A DNA stretch of 64,000 nucleotides from Cercozoa sp. M6MM. Lineage: Eukaryota; Protista; Endomyxa: Ascetosporea. A program made the translations under genes and the position numbers. Positions 1 to 13,689 of this stretch are shown here, one piece after another. The stretch lies in NCBI GenBank assembly GCA_040357565.1, contig JBDODJ010000021.1; one strand, 5' to 3'. The notes beneath the pieces were generated by a model that worked only from the letters and a program-made list of their open reading frames with translations, ran no database searches and was not told where the DNA came from. The first letter of the stretch is position 1. Every line of letters starts with the position of its first letter.

Positions 1-491
1 GAAAAACAATGGCAACTGAGTCGACGGAGCCTTTCGGCTTCAACTGAGTCGAAAGAGCACAACTTTTCTTTTGGGTATCGGTACCGTTTTGTGGGTTTGA
101 GCTGCCCTGATATGGTACTCAGTATACGCTATAGCATGCCACACCACGTGTACGCTTGCTTGTGGCGTGTTTTAGCAATGAAGAAGCGTTTTTCCTGAGA
201 ACAGCCGCGCTTAGAGCTTGGAACAAATGAAGAAAACCGGAAAAATCGCGTGAGCGCCGAGACCTGGAAATTCGAGGTAAAGGTTCAGGTTTCAGCGCCA
301 AACTCGTTTTGTCGCCTTTCGGTCCCCTACACGCCTGATTTTGCACGGTGTGTGCTAACAGCACTACGCTGAGCGCTCTAAGCCCACGAACTCGGCTCGG
401 TAGCACCGGTTGTCCGTTTTCGAAACTCGAGATTCTCCGCCCAGAAAACTGTCGTTCGGTGGCCCAGGAAGTTCCTTTCGTCAATTTGAAG

Positions 492-1864
<1,373 letters not shown>

Positions 1865-2172
1865 CAGGACGCGCATGCAACTTCGTCGGCCTTGCCGCCC
1901 AGCGGCAAGTTCGCCGGCTCTTGCATGCCTGTTTCTTCCCCTTCGACAGAGTGGCCTCTCTGCCAGTGGCCTCGGTCTCGTGCTGCCTTCCCGCCTCGAT
2001 TGCTCTCGACAGTATTAATGGATAAGCGCGTACGTAGCTACAACACTATATACGACATAGCTTACTCGGACTACGCGACGCTATCAGTATGCGGTATACT
2101 TACGATGGCGCTAGCTACGGCTCAGCCACTTACTATGGTACGTACGCAAAGGTGGAGCAGCGGTCGGGGAGG

Positions 2173-3535
2173 TTAGAACATGCTGCCAGAGTAGCCGCGT
2201 GCTTCGCTCAGCTTGCTTGCAAGAGAGGTCGGCAAGAAGAGCGTGACGTGCGACTTGTCCGAGTCGTACGGCACGGTGAGTTCGAGCTGGCCCTTGTTCT
2301 TGCCGACACGGACTTCCTTGGACTCGTATACCGTGATGTTCCAGGCAAAGACACCGTCATCGTCGTACTCGACCTGTCACTCGAAAGAGTCCAAACAGTA
2401 AAGTCAGCAGTTGTTGAGTGTTTAAACAGTCAAGCGAAGTGTTACTCCAGGCAGCGACTTGCCAATAGTTTCCTCGTTCTGTCAAAATAAAGCAACTAAA
2501 CAGCATAGCTCAGGTCATAGAAGCAACGGTACCACGAAGAACTGAATGTACTCCTTAGGCTTAACGCAGATGCTGTTTACGAAACAAAACACAAACTTTC
2601 TCAACAAAGAAACATAAGAAAAAATATTGGTTACGTCAGCTCACGAACAGGACGCACATGACCGTCATATTGCACCTTCATTCCTTTCTAGGCAAGGCAA
2701 ACACATCGTGACAGATACTGTGAGACAGTGAACAAGACAAGGTACCGGCACGTCGAATAGGAAACTCTTCTTTCGTCGTGTGGCGGCCTTCTTTCGCTGA
2801 ACTGCTCTTTTCGTGGCACTCACAACACTCACCTGAGTGCTCTGTCGGTGAAACAACTTCGCAGAGACAAAGTAAGTCAAAAAGCAAAAGGAAAGAAGCA
2901 CCTTGCCGCCACCTCCTCGTTTCGACCGACGGACCGACGACTTGGACTCTTCAGTCTGCATACTTTCGTTCTCGTCCTCGTCGTCATCATCCTCCTTCTG
3001 CAGCAACGGCTCGCGCTCTTCGGCATTGTCAAAGTTGCCCCACTGTGTTGGTCTGGATAAACAAAGCACATGAAAGCACTCAAAGGACGGAGAGCTTTTT
3101 CTGTTTGTACAGGGGCAGAGGAGGCATGGCATGCCCATTCTCGGGCTGCTCGGTTGACTGGACAGACGGAGCAACAGACTCATTGGGTGTTGCAATCTGC
3201 TCCTGTGATGTAGCCTGAGTTTCCGGTTGACTGATCGGTTGTTCGTCCGCTCGGTCGGGGACTAGACTGGTGACCGGAGAAGTGACTTGACTCGCGACCG
3301 CAACAACGGCCTGGTCAGTGACCGGAACAGCTGCTGGCGGAGTGACCTGGGCAGTGATTTGAGCAGTGACTTGGGCAGCAACTGGCACATTGCTCTCTGT
3401 CGTGTCAACAGCTTCAGCCGGCTGCTGAGGCAGCTCACTTGCACCGGCCTGCACCGCCAGCACTGGCTCTGACTGAACTGGTTCCATCTGCGCCTGTTCC
3501 GCTGCATCTGCTGCCACTGCCGGCACGACGTCCAT
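2173..3535 (-). CDS. Hypothetical multi-exon protein with a low-complexity Ala/Gln/Pro/Val N-terminus, an acidic/basic middle and a globular-looking C-terminus (...VEYDDDGVFAWNITVYESK...GYSGSMF*)
   Basis: ATG at 3535 (MDVVPAVAADAAEQ), exons join in frame across GT-AG introns, TAA at 2173-2175; no family recognised. Confidence 0.6.
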
Positions 3536-3795
3536 CCTGGATCTGGAAAACAAAAGCCAAAAATGCTGGTCCCAAATATAACGAGTCTAAAGTCCCGGAG
3601 TCCTAGCACTCACATACCAACCTTTACACCAGGCCTTGTACGTGCACGTATACTGGATGCTCCTACTGTACAATGCGCTGTCTGGCCGCACACCTAATGA
3701 TTTGATTCTAAGTATTGTTTGCAACGACGGCTCTTCTAAACTGTGCGGAGGCGTGTTGCTACTCTGCTGTAACTACTGTCTAGTGCATTGAGGGA

Positions 3796-4564
3796 ATGCT
3801 GGGCCGTGTTGTGCGTGCATCGCAAGGGGCCAATGAATCGTTTGCAATGCTCACCGGCCTGAGCGAGTTCTTGTCGGCTCAGTCGACCGCAAAGCGCGGC
3901 GATTTCGACGCCGCGAAGCGCGAGCTGAAACGCGTCACCGAAATTGTCGGCTTTGACGTGAATCTCTCGGCGCTGTCGCAGCTGCAGACCGCCGAACTTG
4001 CACGTGCACGAGGACGCTACTCAGAGGCGCTCCAACACACGCGTGCTGCTGCCGAAAGCAGTTTGAACAATGGGACTTTGCCCTTTCTCAAACGTTTAGT
4101 TCTTCGCAAGTTGCTGTTGCACGCTGTTCGCACCGGTGATCGCGATGTGCGTTTCTTCATCAAGTTGCTTGTTGTTGGCAAAACTACGTTTGACTTTAGA
4201 TCTTGTCGGAAGCACGGCTTGACGAACTTAAAGCCATTGCAAAGAAACTTTCTGACAGTGTAGACTCTCTTTTTGGCAGTTTGGCTTTGTCGTGGTTTTT
4301 GACTTCAGTTTGTCTTCTCAACTGGTGAATTGAGTGCTGCACAGGAGCAGGAAGCTGCCGAGCTGAGTGCGGTGAGGTGGCTCGCACGCGGTGCACCCAG
4401 TGATCTCGATTTCTGCCACGAATTTGGCGACGCGAGTGCTCTGTGGCAGTCCTGGGCTCTCGAAGTGAGAGGCGACATTGCAGCGGCAGCAAAGTTTGCA
4501 TGCGATAGCGTCGACAAGTTGCAACACACTGATGTATCTTTGCTGTTTTGCATATTGACAGAAC

Positions 4565-4613
<49 letters not shown>

Positions 4614-4623
4614 NNNNNNNNNN

Positions 4624-4672
<49 letters not shown>

Positions 4673-5351
4673 ACGTACACGTACACGTACACGTACACGT
4701 ACACGTGTGTGTGTGTGTAGTTCGAGACTGATGCGAGAGTGCAAGCAGGCAGGTTGCAGCTTTTGCTTCCGGAGCCGGACTTGAACTTGTCGCGAGAGCA
4801 CATGGACAAAGCACTCGAGTCGATCGATCAGTTGGCCGGAGAAGACGAAGAGAGCTTGACTAACAAATCAATTCGCCGCGACAGTGCGCTGCTTCACGTG
4901 TCGGCGCCGCTGTGCATCGCCAGTGGCGATGGTGTCACTGCTGAAGGCATTCTTCGCAAACTGGGCAGACAAGCCGAGTACAGGTACCAGCTTTTTGTTT
5001 TTAAAGTCCATATCGTGCTTGAACCTGGTAAAATGTAGCGTGTGCGACAATCTTCGCATGCAGTTGCACGTGGACACACTGGATGCGCACATTTCCCTGT
5101 TGCAAAAACTCAGTTTCAACGAGCGCTCGCGTGCGGATGAAGGCTTGCCACTTCGCGCCGAGATCTCGCGCATCCTCGCCTTGAACGTCAAGCAGCCGAG
5201 CGAAGCACCGGCCGACGCGTGGCCTGAGCTGCGAGTCTCGTCGTGGACGCCGCGTCGCCTCGCCTCATTGACAGCCAACGCCGGCAAGGACACCAACGTG
5301 TGGCCCGAATATCATGTTGTGCAGCTCGACACGATGCACATCCTGCAGTGA
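3796..5351 (+). CDS. Hypothetical helical protein, possibly mitochondrially targeted (MLGRVVRASQ...)
   Basis: Coding-like exons separated by short T-rich GT-AG introns; TGA at 5349-5351; no family recognised. Confidence 0.55.
4568..4718. repeat. Intronic (TG)n microsatellite with an embedded (ACACGT)n tract and an assembly gap
   Basis: Directly visible; further (CA/TG)n tracts near 6546, 13573, 20617, 54707 and 60235. Confidence 0.95.
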
Positions 5352-5678
5352 CCTCCTCGGCCGTTGCATGAAAAGCGATTTTTTAGCGTAGCTTAGAACC
5401 AAAATCCACCGGCGCTCCGGCCGATTTGCTATTGTTAGAAGAACAAGCGTGCACATGTCTGAGTAAAGCCCAGAAATGCTCTGTGCAGCGAAAATAGGCG
5501 CGAAAAATGACCAAAAAGCCGAAAAGGGATTTTCTGTTTTCGTTTTGGTCCAGAAACAGAACAGACCTGAGCCGCGGACGAGAGAACCGCGCGGAAGGGT
5601 CAACTTCGAGCTCCTGCTTCCGAGTCGTGTTGATGAAACTCGGCACAGAGCAAGGTGTCCGTGCTACCAGCGTTGCGG

Positions 5679-6553
5679 ATGGCAGCACACCCTCTGATGG
5701 TATGTGAACGTGCGCCGAGCAGTGTATTTATTGTATACTGAAAGGAGATTTATCGCACGCGATGTTTGGTCCAGATCGCGAACACGATCTTTCTTCTTCT
5801 ACTAGTTCACGTTCAAGCAGACCGATGTATTCCGGAGTCGCTCATTCGGCACTCACTATATCCAGTGACATTGATTTAAAGATTGGATCGACAGGACTCT
5901 GGCTCTCGATTGATGTATGTACATTATAAATTGTATATCATGTGCATACAGACTTACATTTTATTTGGCTTTCAATGATGTAAGTTTAGATCGGAGTTGA
6001 CGTCGTGGCCACAGTGCTTGAGGAAGCATTAGGTATATTTAATTTAGAGTGTTGAAAACAGGATGCCGGCGACAGCTTAATATTGCGGCAGGTTTTCGAG
6101 TTGAAAGAGTGGCCACAAACAAAGAACTATACGCATATCCGGCAGGGACATTTCTTCAGGTCATAAATGGGTATCGCCCTCTGTTCGGAGGAGACATTTT
6201 TTAATGGCCGTATTATCCCTGATCGTGTAGAGATTACGACATCAGTGTTGAAGTTTGGAAGCAGGTGCGTGGATGACTCTTAATAAACAATATAAGTTTA
6301 CTGTGCTTTACATGTCATGTCGAAATAGGACAATCCTGGAAAACTGCAAAAATATGTCTTTGAGGAAGCGAAACTCGACTTTTCCAGTTTGGTAAACTCA
6401 GCTTTTCCGGTTTCATAAAAATATGCCAGTTTGAGCATTTTTAATTTTCAATACATTCTGATATTTAGGGGTTTTTGGGAAGCAACGGGCTATATTTTCC
6501 TTCACATCTTGACGCAAGTTTCCCCGAGTTGTTTCTCGGTATTAACACACACA

Positions 6554-6595
<42 letters not shown>

Positions 6596-6614
6596 TCACA
6601 CACACACACACACA

Positions 6615-6664
<50 letters not shown>

Positions 6665-9600
6665 NNNNNNNNNNNNNNNNNNNNNNNNNNNNNNNNNNNN
6701 NNNNNNNNNNNNNNNNNNNNNNNNNNNNNNNNNNNNNNNNNNNNNNNNNNNNNNNNNNNNNNNNGGGGGGGGGGGTTAAGGGGTAAAGGTTAAAAGGGTA
6801 AAGAGATGTAAGGGAATAATGGGGGTTAAAGGGGTAAAGAGATAATAAAAGGGGTATATGTGCGCACTGTAGGGACCTCTGTACATGGACGAACATGGAG
6901 GACGAGTTGACTCAGTTGCCGCTGGGCAACACTCCTGGACTGCTGGGAGCTTCGTCGTAGTTTTACCCCCCCCCCCCTACCCCCTATTTACCTTGTTTAA
7001 CCCCTATTTCACCCCATGCTTACCTCCCTTAGAAAAAACTTTCGACTGGTGCCGATAGACGCGCGGAGGCGAGTTGGCGCAGGTCAGGCTTTGTCAGGTC
7101 GGACACCGGTCGACCCGCGAACTGGCATGGTAAAGTCTACAACCCCTTTACCCCCCCCCCCCCCGTGGCGCCCGACTAGGAACCTTCGCCCCTGTTTACC
7201 CCCCCCTCCTGTTTAACCCTCCCCCAGTCGCTGCGAGTGCGGTCGTTTTACCACGTGGAGGGCGAGCGGCACCGCGTCGAATGTCGCCGGCAGAACGACA
7301 TGCAGCCGCGCTCGTGGATGAGAAGGTGCGGTGTTTACCCCCCTCCGTTTACCCCCCTGTTTACCCCTCTGTTTACCCCTCTGTTTACTCCCTGTTTACC
7401 TCCTGTTTACCCCCTGTTTGCCCCCTGTTTACCCCCTGTTTACCCCCCCCCCCCCCCCCTGTTTACCACCCTACAGGTGCGGCACACTGGGCAAGGCAGT
7501 GGACGAGGGCAGAGCACTGGCACGCGGCGACTGCACGGTCTGCGTGTTGGCCGACCTGCTGGACTCTGTGGGAGGGGCACAGACTGTCGGCGACGGTGAC
7601 ACCAAGGTGTTTTACCCTCCCCTGTTTACTCCCCTATTTAGCCCGCTGTTTAACCTTATACCCTCCCGTAAGACAGGGATGTCCACCGCGCGTGTTTGTC
7701 GGACAGCAGTGCGAACTGCGTTGTGGCGACAAATCCTTCTTTGTACCCCCTGTTTACCCCCCTGTTTACCCCCCCCCCCATTCACCCCTCCCCTTGCAGG
7801 CGACGTGTCGGTTCCGGCGAGTGTCGGGGCGAGTGGTGCCGTCACAGGGCGAGTGGCAACTGCCGACGGGTGCTGCCGCCATGTGCACCGGTCTGTGCGA
7901 TCCCGAGACCATCTATCAGTACCTACAGGTAGCACTCGGGGTATACAGGAGGATAAGCAGGGGGGTAAACAGGGGGGTAAACAGGGGGGTAAACAGGGGG
8001 TAAAAGTGCACACGCAGGTGCGCGACGAGCACGAGCTGCGCGACGGACTGACGGTGCGCAGCGACACGGACCTGTGCTGGAAACGTCGGTCCAAAGTCGG
8101 CTCAGTATTCCGCCCACAAGTACCATTTGGTCCAATTGTAGCCATCTTGTTATTGTAGCCACAACACTCTCTTAATTTTTGGATGTTTAAGGGAGTGTTG
8201 TTGAACGGCGGCACTCAGTGCAGTGTGCGGTGTCCTTCGCCTCGATCAGTAGTTTTACCCCCCCTTCTTTACCCCCTGTTTACCCCCCTATTTACCCTGT
8301 TTACCTGCTATTCACCCTGTTTACCCCCTGTTTACTCCCCCCCTGTTTACCCGCTATTCACCCTGTTTACCCCCTTGTTTACCCCCAGTTTACTCCTATA
8401 CCCCCGAACAGGGCGCAGGTTTGCTGTTTGGCTTTCGGCGCGGCAGTACGACGCTGACGGCCGAAAGGGACAATCGCTTCGTCTGCAATGAAAGGTTGCT
8501 TTGCTTGCTTTTAGCCCCCTGTTTAACTCCGTGTTTACCCCCCTGTTTACCCCCCTGTTTACCCCCCTGTTTACCTCCCTGTTTACCTTCCTGTTTACCC
8601 CCCTGTTCACCCCCTTGTTTACCCCCTGTTTACCCCTGTTTACCTTCCTGTTTAACTCCCGGTTTACCCCCCCCCCCGTTTACTCCCCTGTTTACCCTTT
8701 GTATCCCCCTGTTTACCCCCCTGTTTACCCTTTGTTTCCCCCTGATTACCCCCTTGTTTACCCTTTGTTGAACCCCCCAACCAGGTACGCACCGCGTTTC
8801 GTGCCGCAAGACGACGGTTCGTTTTTATCGCGCTGCAATTTTGAGTGCGTTCGCTCGTCGCTGCTCAAGGTTTTTTACCCCCCTTTACCCCCTTACACCT
8901 CCCTTTACCCTCTTTACCCCTTTACCCCCGCCTCACCCCCTTTACTCCCTTTACCCCCTTTAACCCCCTCTTACCCCCTTTTACCCCCACCCCCTTTACC
9001 CCTTTACCCCCCTCTACCCCCTTTACCCCCTTTACCTCCCTTTTACCCCCCTACCCCTTACCCCCCCTTACCCCCTTACCCCCACCACCCCCCTTTACCC
9101 CTTTTACCCTCCCCTTTGCCCCCTTTACCCCCTTTACCCCCCTTTACCCCCCTTTACCGCCTGTTTACCCCCTTTTCACCCCCTCCCCCGTTTCCCCCCT
9201 TTTCACTCTCCCCCGTTTCCCCCTGTTACCCCCCCCCCGTTTACCCAGGTGAACAGTTTCGCAACACCGTCGTGGCCGGATGTGTCGTTTCTGCCGAACG
9301 TGCTGGGTCAGTCGCGGTATCCGGTGGGAACTCGCGTGCGCGTGTTCTGCGACTTTGAGGCTCGGAGTATCGACTACGTGTGCAAGCAACTCGACCCGGT
9401 TCCAGTTCTGGGCACAGGTTTTACCCCCTCCTTTACTACCCACCTGTTTACCCCCCTATTTACCTCCCCATCTGCATCCCTGTTTACCTTCTTGTTTACC
9501 CCTTGTTTAGCCCCCTGTTTACCCCCCTGTTTACCCCCTGTTTCCCACCTCCTTGGCAGGAGGAATGGTGGGCATAGCGCCGTTGGCTGGCAGAGGCGTC

Positions 9601-10985
9601 GACTGGGAGCCTCAACGACGACCGGCGCAGTTCGAGGGTCTGCAGAATCTCGACTTGAACGAGGCGAGGCCGTGTGATGGGCCTGCTGTAGTTTACCCCC
9701 CTCCCGTTTACCCCTGTTTACCCCTCCCCGTTTACCCCCTGTTTACCCCCTTACCCCCTCCCAGGTGGCATGCTTGCGATCGGAGTTGGAGTCGATCGAA
9801 CCGTTCGGCGAAGCGCGTTGTTTCGGCGTGATTCGCAGTGAGACCACGTGCCGCGTCGAGTGTTCCGACCGGAGCGAGGTCAGATATCGCTGTCAGCGCG
9901 GAAGCTGGTCACTGGTCAGCGGGTCAGCGTGTCCGCCAGTATCGCCGCAGTTGTTCGAACAAGTTGGTTGTCAGGTCGGCGAACTCTCCGCGCTCTACGG
10001 CGTGGCCAACCATGACTGTAGTTTTATCCCCCCCCCCCCGTTTAGCCCCCTGTTTACCCCCCCCCCCTGTTTAGCTTACCCCCGGTTTACCCCCCGTTTT
10101 ACCCCCCCCCCCTCCCCACGTGTGTAGGCGGAGTGAACGACGACGCGACGATAGCGCCCGGACAGGGTTGTCGTGTGCGGTGTCCAAGCTTGGCAGGAGG
10201 AGGCAGTAGTGGCACTGTTGGTAGTAATGTGACACTGGCCAATGTGAGCAATGCCGGCGCCGTCAATCTGAGTCACGAGGCGACCTTCACCGTGCAGTGC
10301 GAACAAGGTGGTTTGTGGACTCCTCTCGCCAATGATACGGTAGCTCTCTTTACGCCCCCTGTTTACCCCCCTCGATTTCCTCCCCTGTTTACAGCTCTGC
10401 GGCATCGCTGACGGCTGCGAGCGGGCGCAGTTGGTGCCCTTCATCAATCGCACCTTCAACACCAGCGTTGTGCTGTCTGGTGAGGCTAACTTATCCCCTC
10501 CCCCCCATTTACCCCCTTTACCCCCTCCTTTACCTCTTGCCCCTAGGCACATCATGCGGCGAGCTGGTGCCGGTGGGCGGCGTGTGTCGGGTCGAGTGCG
10601 AAAACGGCGATCGCTTCGGCTTCGTGTGCGAGGGCGCCGACTCGTTCCGTGCACTGAGTAGTTTCGAGTGCAAGCAGCCAGTACCATGGCTTCTGTATCT
10701 GCTGGGAGGCACTACTGTTGTCCTCCTGCTGAGTGCTGTCTACTGGATCGTGTCACATCCCATTCACGCTGCCTCTCGCGATGTCGAGGCTCGACAAGGT
10801 TCCATTTGTCTCAGTACAGTGCCATTGTACCTGGACTAATTTACTGACTGCGTTTAGAGGATCGACGCATCGCGAGGGGACTCCTGAGCGACTCGGAGCA
10901 AGTAGGCGGACAGCAGGCCACTCCTAGTGCAGAGCGTGTTCGGCCCAAGGGAAACTTGAAGGTAACTGGGCCGGCGCCAGAGTAA
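5679..10985 (+). CDS. Large cysteine-rich single-pass membrane protein with repeated sushi/CCP-like modules; 5' exon structure unresolved
   Basis: Exons encode repeated C-x-V-x-C...F/Y-x-C...G-x-W units (TTCRVECSDRSEVRYRCQRGSW, GCRVRCP...FTVQCEQGGLW, GVCRVECENGDRFGFVCEG), then a TM helix (WLLYLLGGTTVVLLLSAVYWIV) and a short tail ending TAA at 10983-10985. The start is a guess and an N-gap lies inside. Confidence 0.6.
6765..10546. repeat. Dense intronic TTTACCCC(CCTG)-type degenerate tandem repeats; the G-rich complement GGGGGGTAAACA is G-quadruplex-prone
   Basis: Visible in nearly every intron of this stretch, up to ~380 bp (8870-9248); the same motif recurs in introns of UTP10, CCT5, the RRN7-like gene, the transporter and GLDC. 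Confidence 0.95.
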
Positions 10986-11246
10986 ATCGACCCCGGAGTG
11001 TCGGTAGATACGTTAATCCTTTATAGTACTACATATACAGCATACTACTTTAATCGTTACCCGGGCATGCGGTAATACGGTACAGTACAAAAAAAAAGTA
11101 TGCACCACGAGGTCGCGGTTCTCTGGGTTGTAAATTCCGTCTCATCTGGGAACGTTCGGTTGTTTCTTTTTGTTTTCTTACCAACGCAAAGGTCGTTATT
11201 TAATTGTTTACCGTCCGAAGGTATAACATAATAAGTTAAAAGCGAG

Positions 11247-13577
11247 CTAGCGGAGGTACTTGCGGAGATCCTCGCCGCTGAGCAGCTCGACTTGCTTGAC
11301 GACGTGCTGTGCGAGTTGCTCGACGTGCTGATCGCGGTGCTCGAGCAGCTCGGCCAGCGCCGGCGTCGTCTCGGGCAGCAGCGGCAACCAGTTATGCCGC
11401 AGTCGCGCGATAATGTCGGCCAGACAGGCCACGGCACAGGCGCGCACCGTGACGGAAGGAGCGTTGGTGGCCACGCGCAGCACCATGGCGTTGAGCGGCT
11501 TGGTGCGCGCTTCGCCTCTCCTGGCCTGCTCAGAGACATCCAGCTTTACAACAACACACCGACAAACCAGCCAACCAGTCAAAGACAAAAAATTACGGCT
11601 GCAGCCACGGCGAGATCAGCAGCATCGTCTGAAAAACAAGTCAAATAAAGGTGCAATCAACAGATGAAAGAGTAAGAATAATTCGCGTACCACCAAGGGC
11701 GACACGCGGCACACACGCGAGTGCGAGTCGACCGATGCACGGTACCAATCGCGCAGCAGCAAAGGCGCGGTACTCCATGTCGCTCATCGGCAGTTTCTGC
11801 GGCACCGCCGACAGCAGACTGCTCGCATCATTCATTCATTCATTCATTCATTCATTCATTCATTCGATACTTTGATATTCACTTATTAACTCATTTCGTT
11901 CCCATTCATTTAGTTTCAAACAAAGCACACAAGCAAAGAAAGCCCAAGTACCCAACGAGCGGCATCGCGAGCGAGTCGAAACGTTCCTGTGCATTTCAGT
12001 TGAGAAATTTGAGTGAAACAAGTCTGAAAAACACACCTGAGTCATGAAGCGGCGCAGCTCGCTGTCAAAGTGCAACAACGTGCCGAGCGCATCGAGCGAA
12101 AGCTGCGTTACTTGGCGCAAACATTGACGGTCTTGCGCACACTCTTGCAAAAGCTTTTCTCTCTGCGAAACAAAAACAAAGCGTTCACTTTCACAAAAGC
12201 AGAGAAAGCTATTTCAGCGAAAAACCAAGAGAAATCAGTTAATACCAGAAGCAAAGCAGCACTTGCTTCGTCTTGTTTCTCGTCCTCTTCGTCGCTTTCT
12301 TCAGAGCGACGTCGCTTGGCAGTTTGCTCCAACACAGAAGCGTCCACAACAGCAACATCGTCCTCCAGATCGCTCACTTGAACCACCAGACGCAGCAAGA
12401 GCGACATCTGATCACAAAACCAAACAAACACAATTGTTCGCCGATCGGACAAGGTTGTTTTCGTCGAAATTAAACTGATAAAAACAGTACCTGCTCCAAG
12501 ACGAGCGGTGCAACCGGCAAGAAAAGCTCCTGCAGACTGCGTGCCAACGTTCGGACCTACAACAAGTTAAATTAAATTAATTCAAGTGATATTGCAAGAA
12601 ACGCCAAGAAATCGGAAAATACCACGCGCATCAAAGTGACAGCACGGTGCAGTTTGACGCCTTGCTCCTTGAGCGACAGCAACGAAATGCCTGCTTGCAT
12701 TCATCAGACAAAGACATAGACTCAAAACTAAAAGGCTTTGAACCAGCTTTTGATTACCTGAAATTTTGCTCGAGCGACGACGCTTCTTTTTGGATTTCTT
12801 CGCCGCATCGTTTCCGAGAACGTCCGTGACAGCGGACACGAGACCTATGAACCGAACCGTCCATAGTGCTGATTGCGATTCTTAGTCAAAGCAAGCGAGG
12901 TACCGCCCAGTGCGTCAAGCTGCGTCCACTGAAGCCCTGTTACAAAAAAAAATGAAAAGATTGAAAAGACAAGATTTAAGAAAAAAAGTACATTTCACAA
13001 GCAGCGGCTGCAACTGACGCTCGTGCAAGTTGAGGGCCGTTCGCACAAAGCAATGAACCTAGCACACCAATGTAAACATAGAACTATACATATTATAACA
13101 TGCATATATATATATTTATATATATATAGATATGCAGATTGAAGTACCAACGCTTCCTCGACGGCCTCAGCAGGAACGGTCTCGTCCACTTCGACAGTCG
13201 AAAGCGAATTCGCAGCGCTCAGAACAAACTGGAACACCTGCCGGGAACACATGGCGGGTAAAGGGGAGATAGCTGGGCTGAAACATATATCCTACCTGAG
13301 TGTGGAGTTGCTGTGCCTGCTGCGACGACAACTGCGCGCACAGCGGCAGCACGATGGCACGCAACAACACCAGCTGCACCAGCGTGTTCTCACTACACAC
13401 ACACACATATATATGTATATCTATATTTATATATATAATGTATGATATATAGAGGAAGCTACGTTTGCGCAAAGAAACGCGTGGCGTGCGGCAGCAGCAG
13501 ACGCGGCGGCATGGCGCTCACCAGGGTGTAGGCCTGTCAGGGTGCATGTGGTACTATTGATATGACACCCCTGTGTG

Positions 13578-13631
<54 letters not shown>

Positions 13632-13641
13632 NNNNNNNNNN

Positions 13642-13689
<48 letters not shown>

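Noticed and set aside
1-340. Possible exons of a minus-strand gene running off the window start (YTEYHIRAAQTHKT|LKPKGSVDSVAIVF)
   Set aside because: One plausible GT-AG join but no start codon or recognisable family; too little support to annotate.
4196-4814. ORFs rich in HTHT/CVCV (also near 6431, 13427, 20255, 54652, 59976)
   Set aside because: Translations of intronic (CA/TG)n microsatellites and N gaps, not proteins.
7237-9677. Long Pro-rich ORFs (PPVYP/PLFTP/PPCL repeats) resembling extensins
   Set aside because: They read through TTTACCCC intronic repeats bounded by GT-AG; the same repeat occurs in clear introns of CCT5 and GLDC.
6765-10546. Interstitial telomere interpretation of the C/G-rich repeats
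   Set aside because: The unit is TTTACCCC/GGGGTAAA, not TTAGGG or TTTAGGG, and it is confined to introns.
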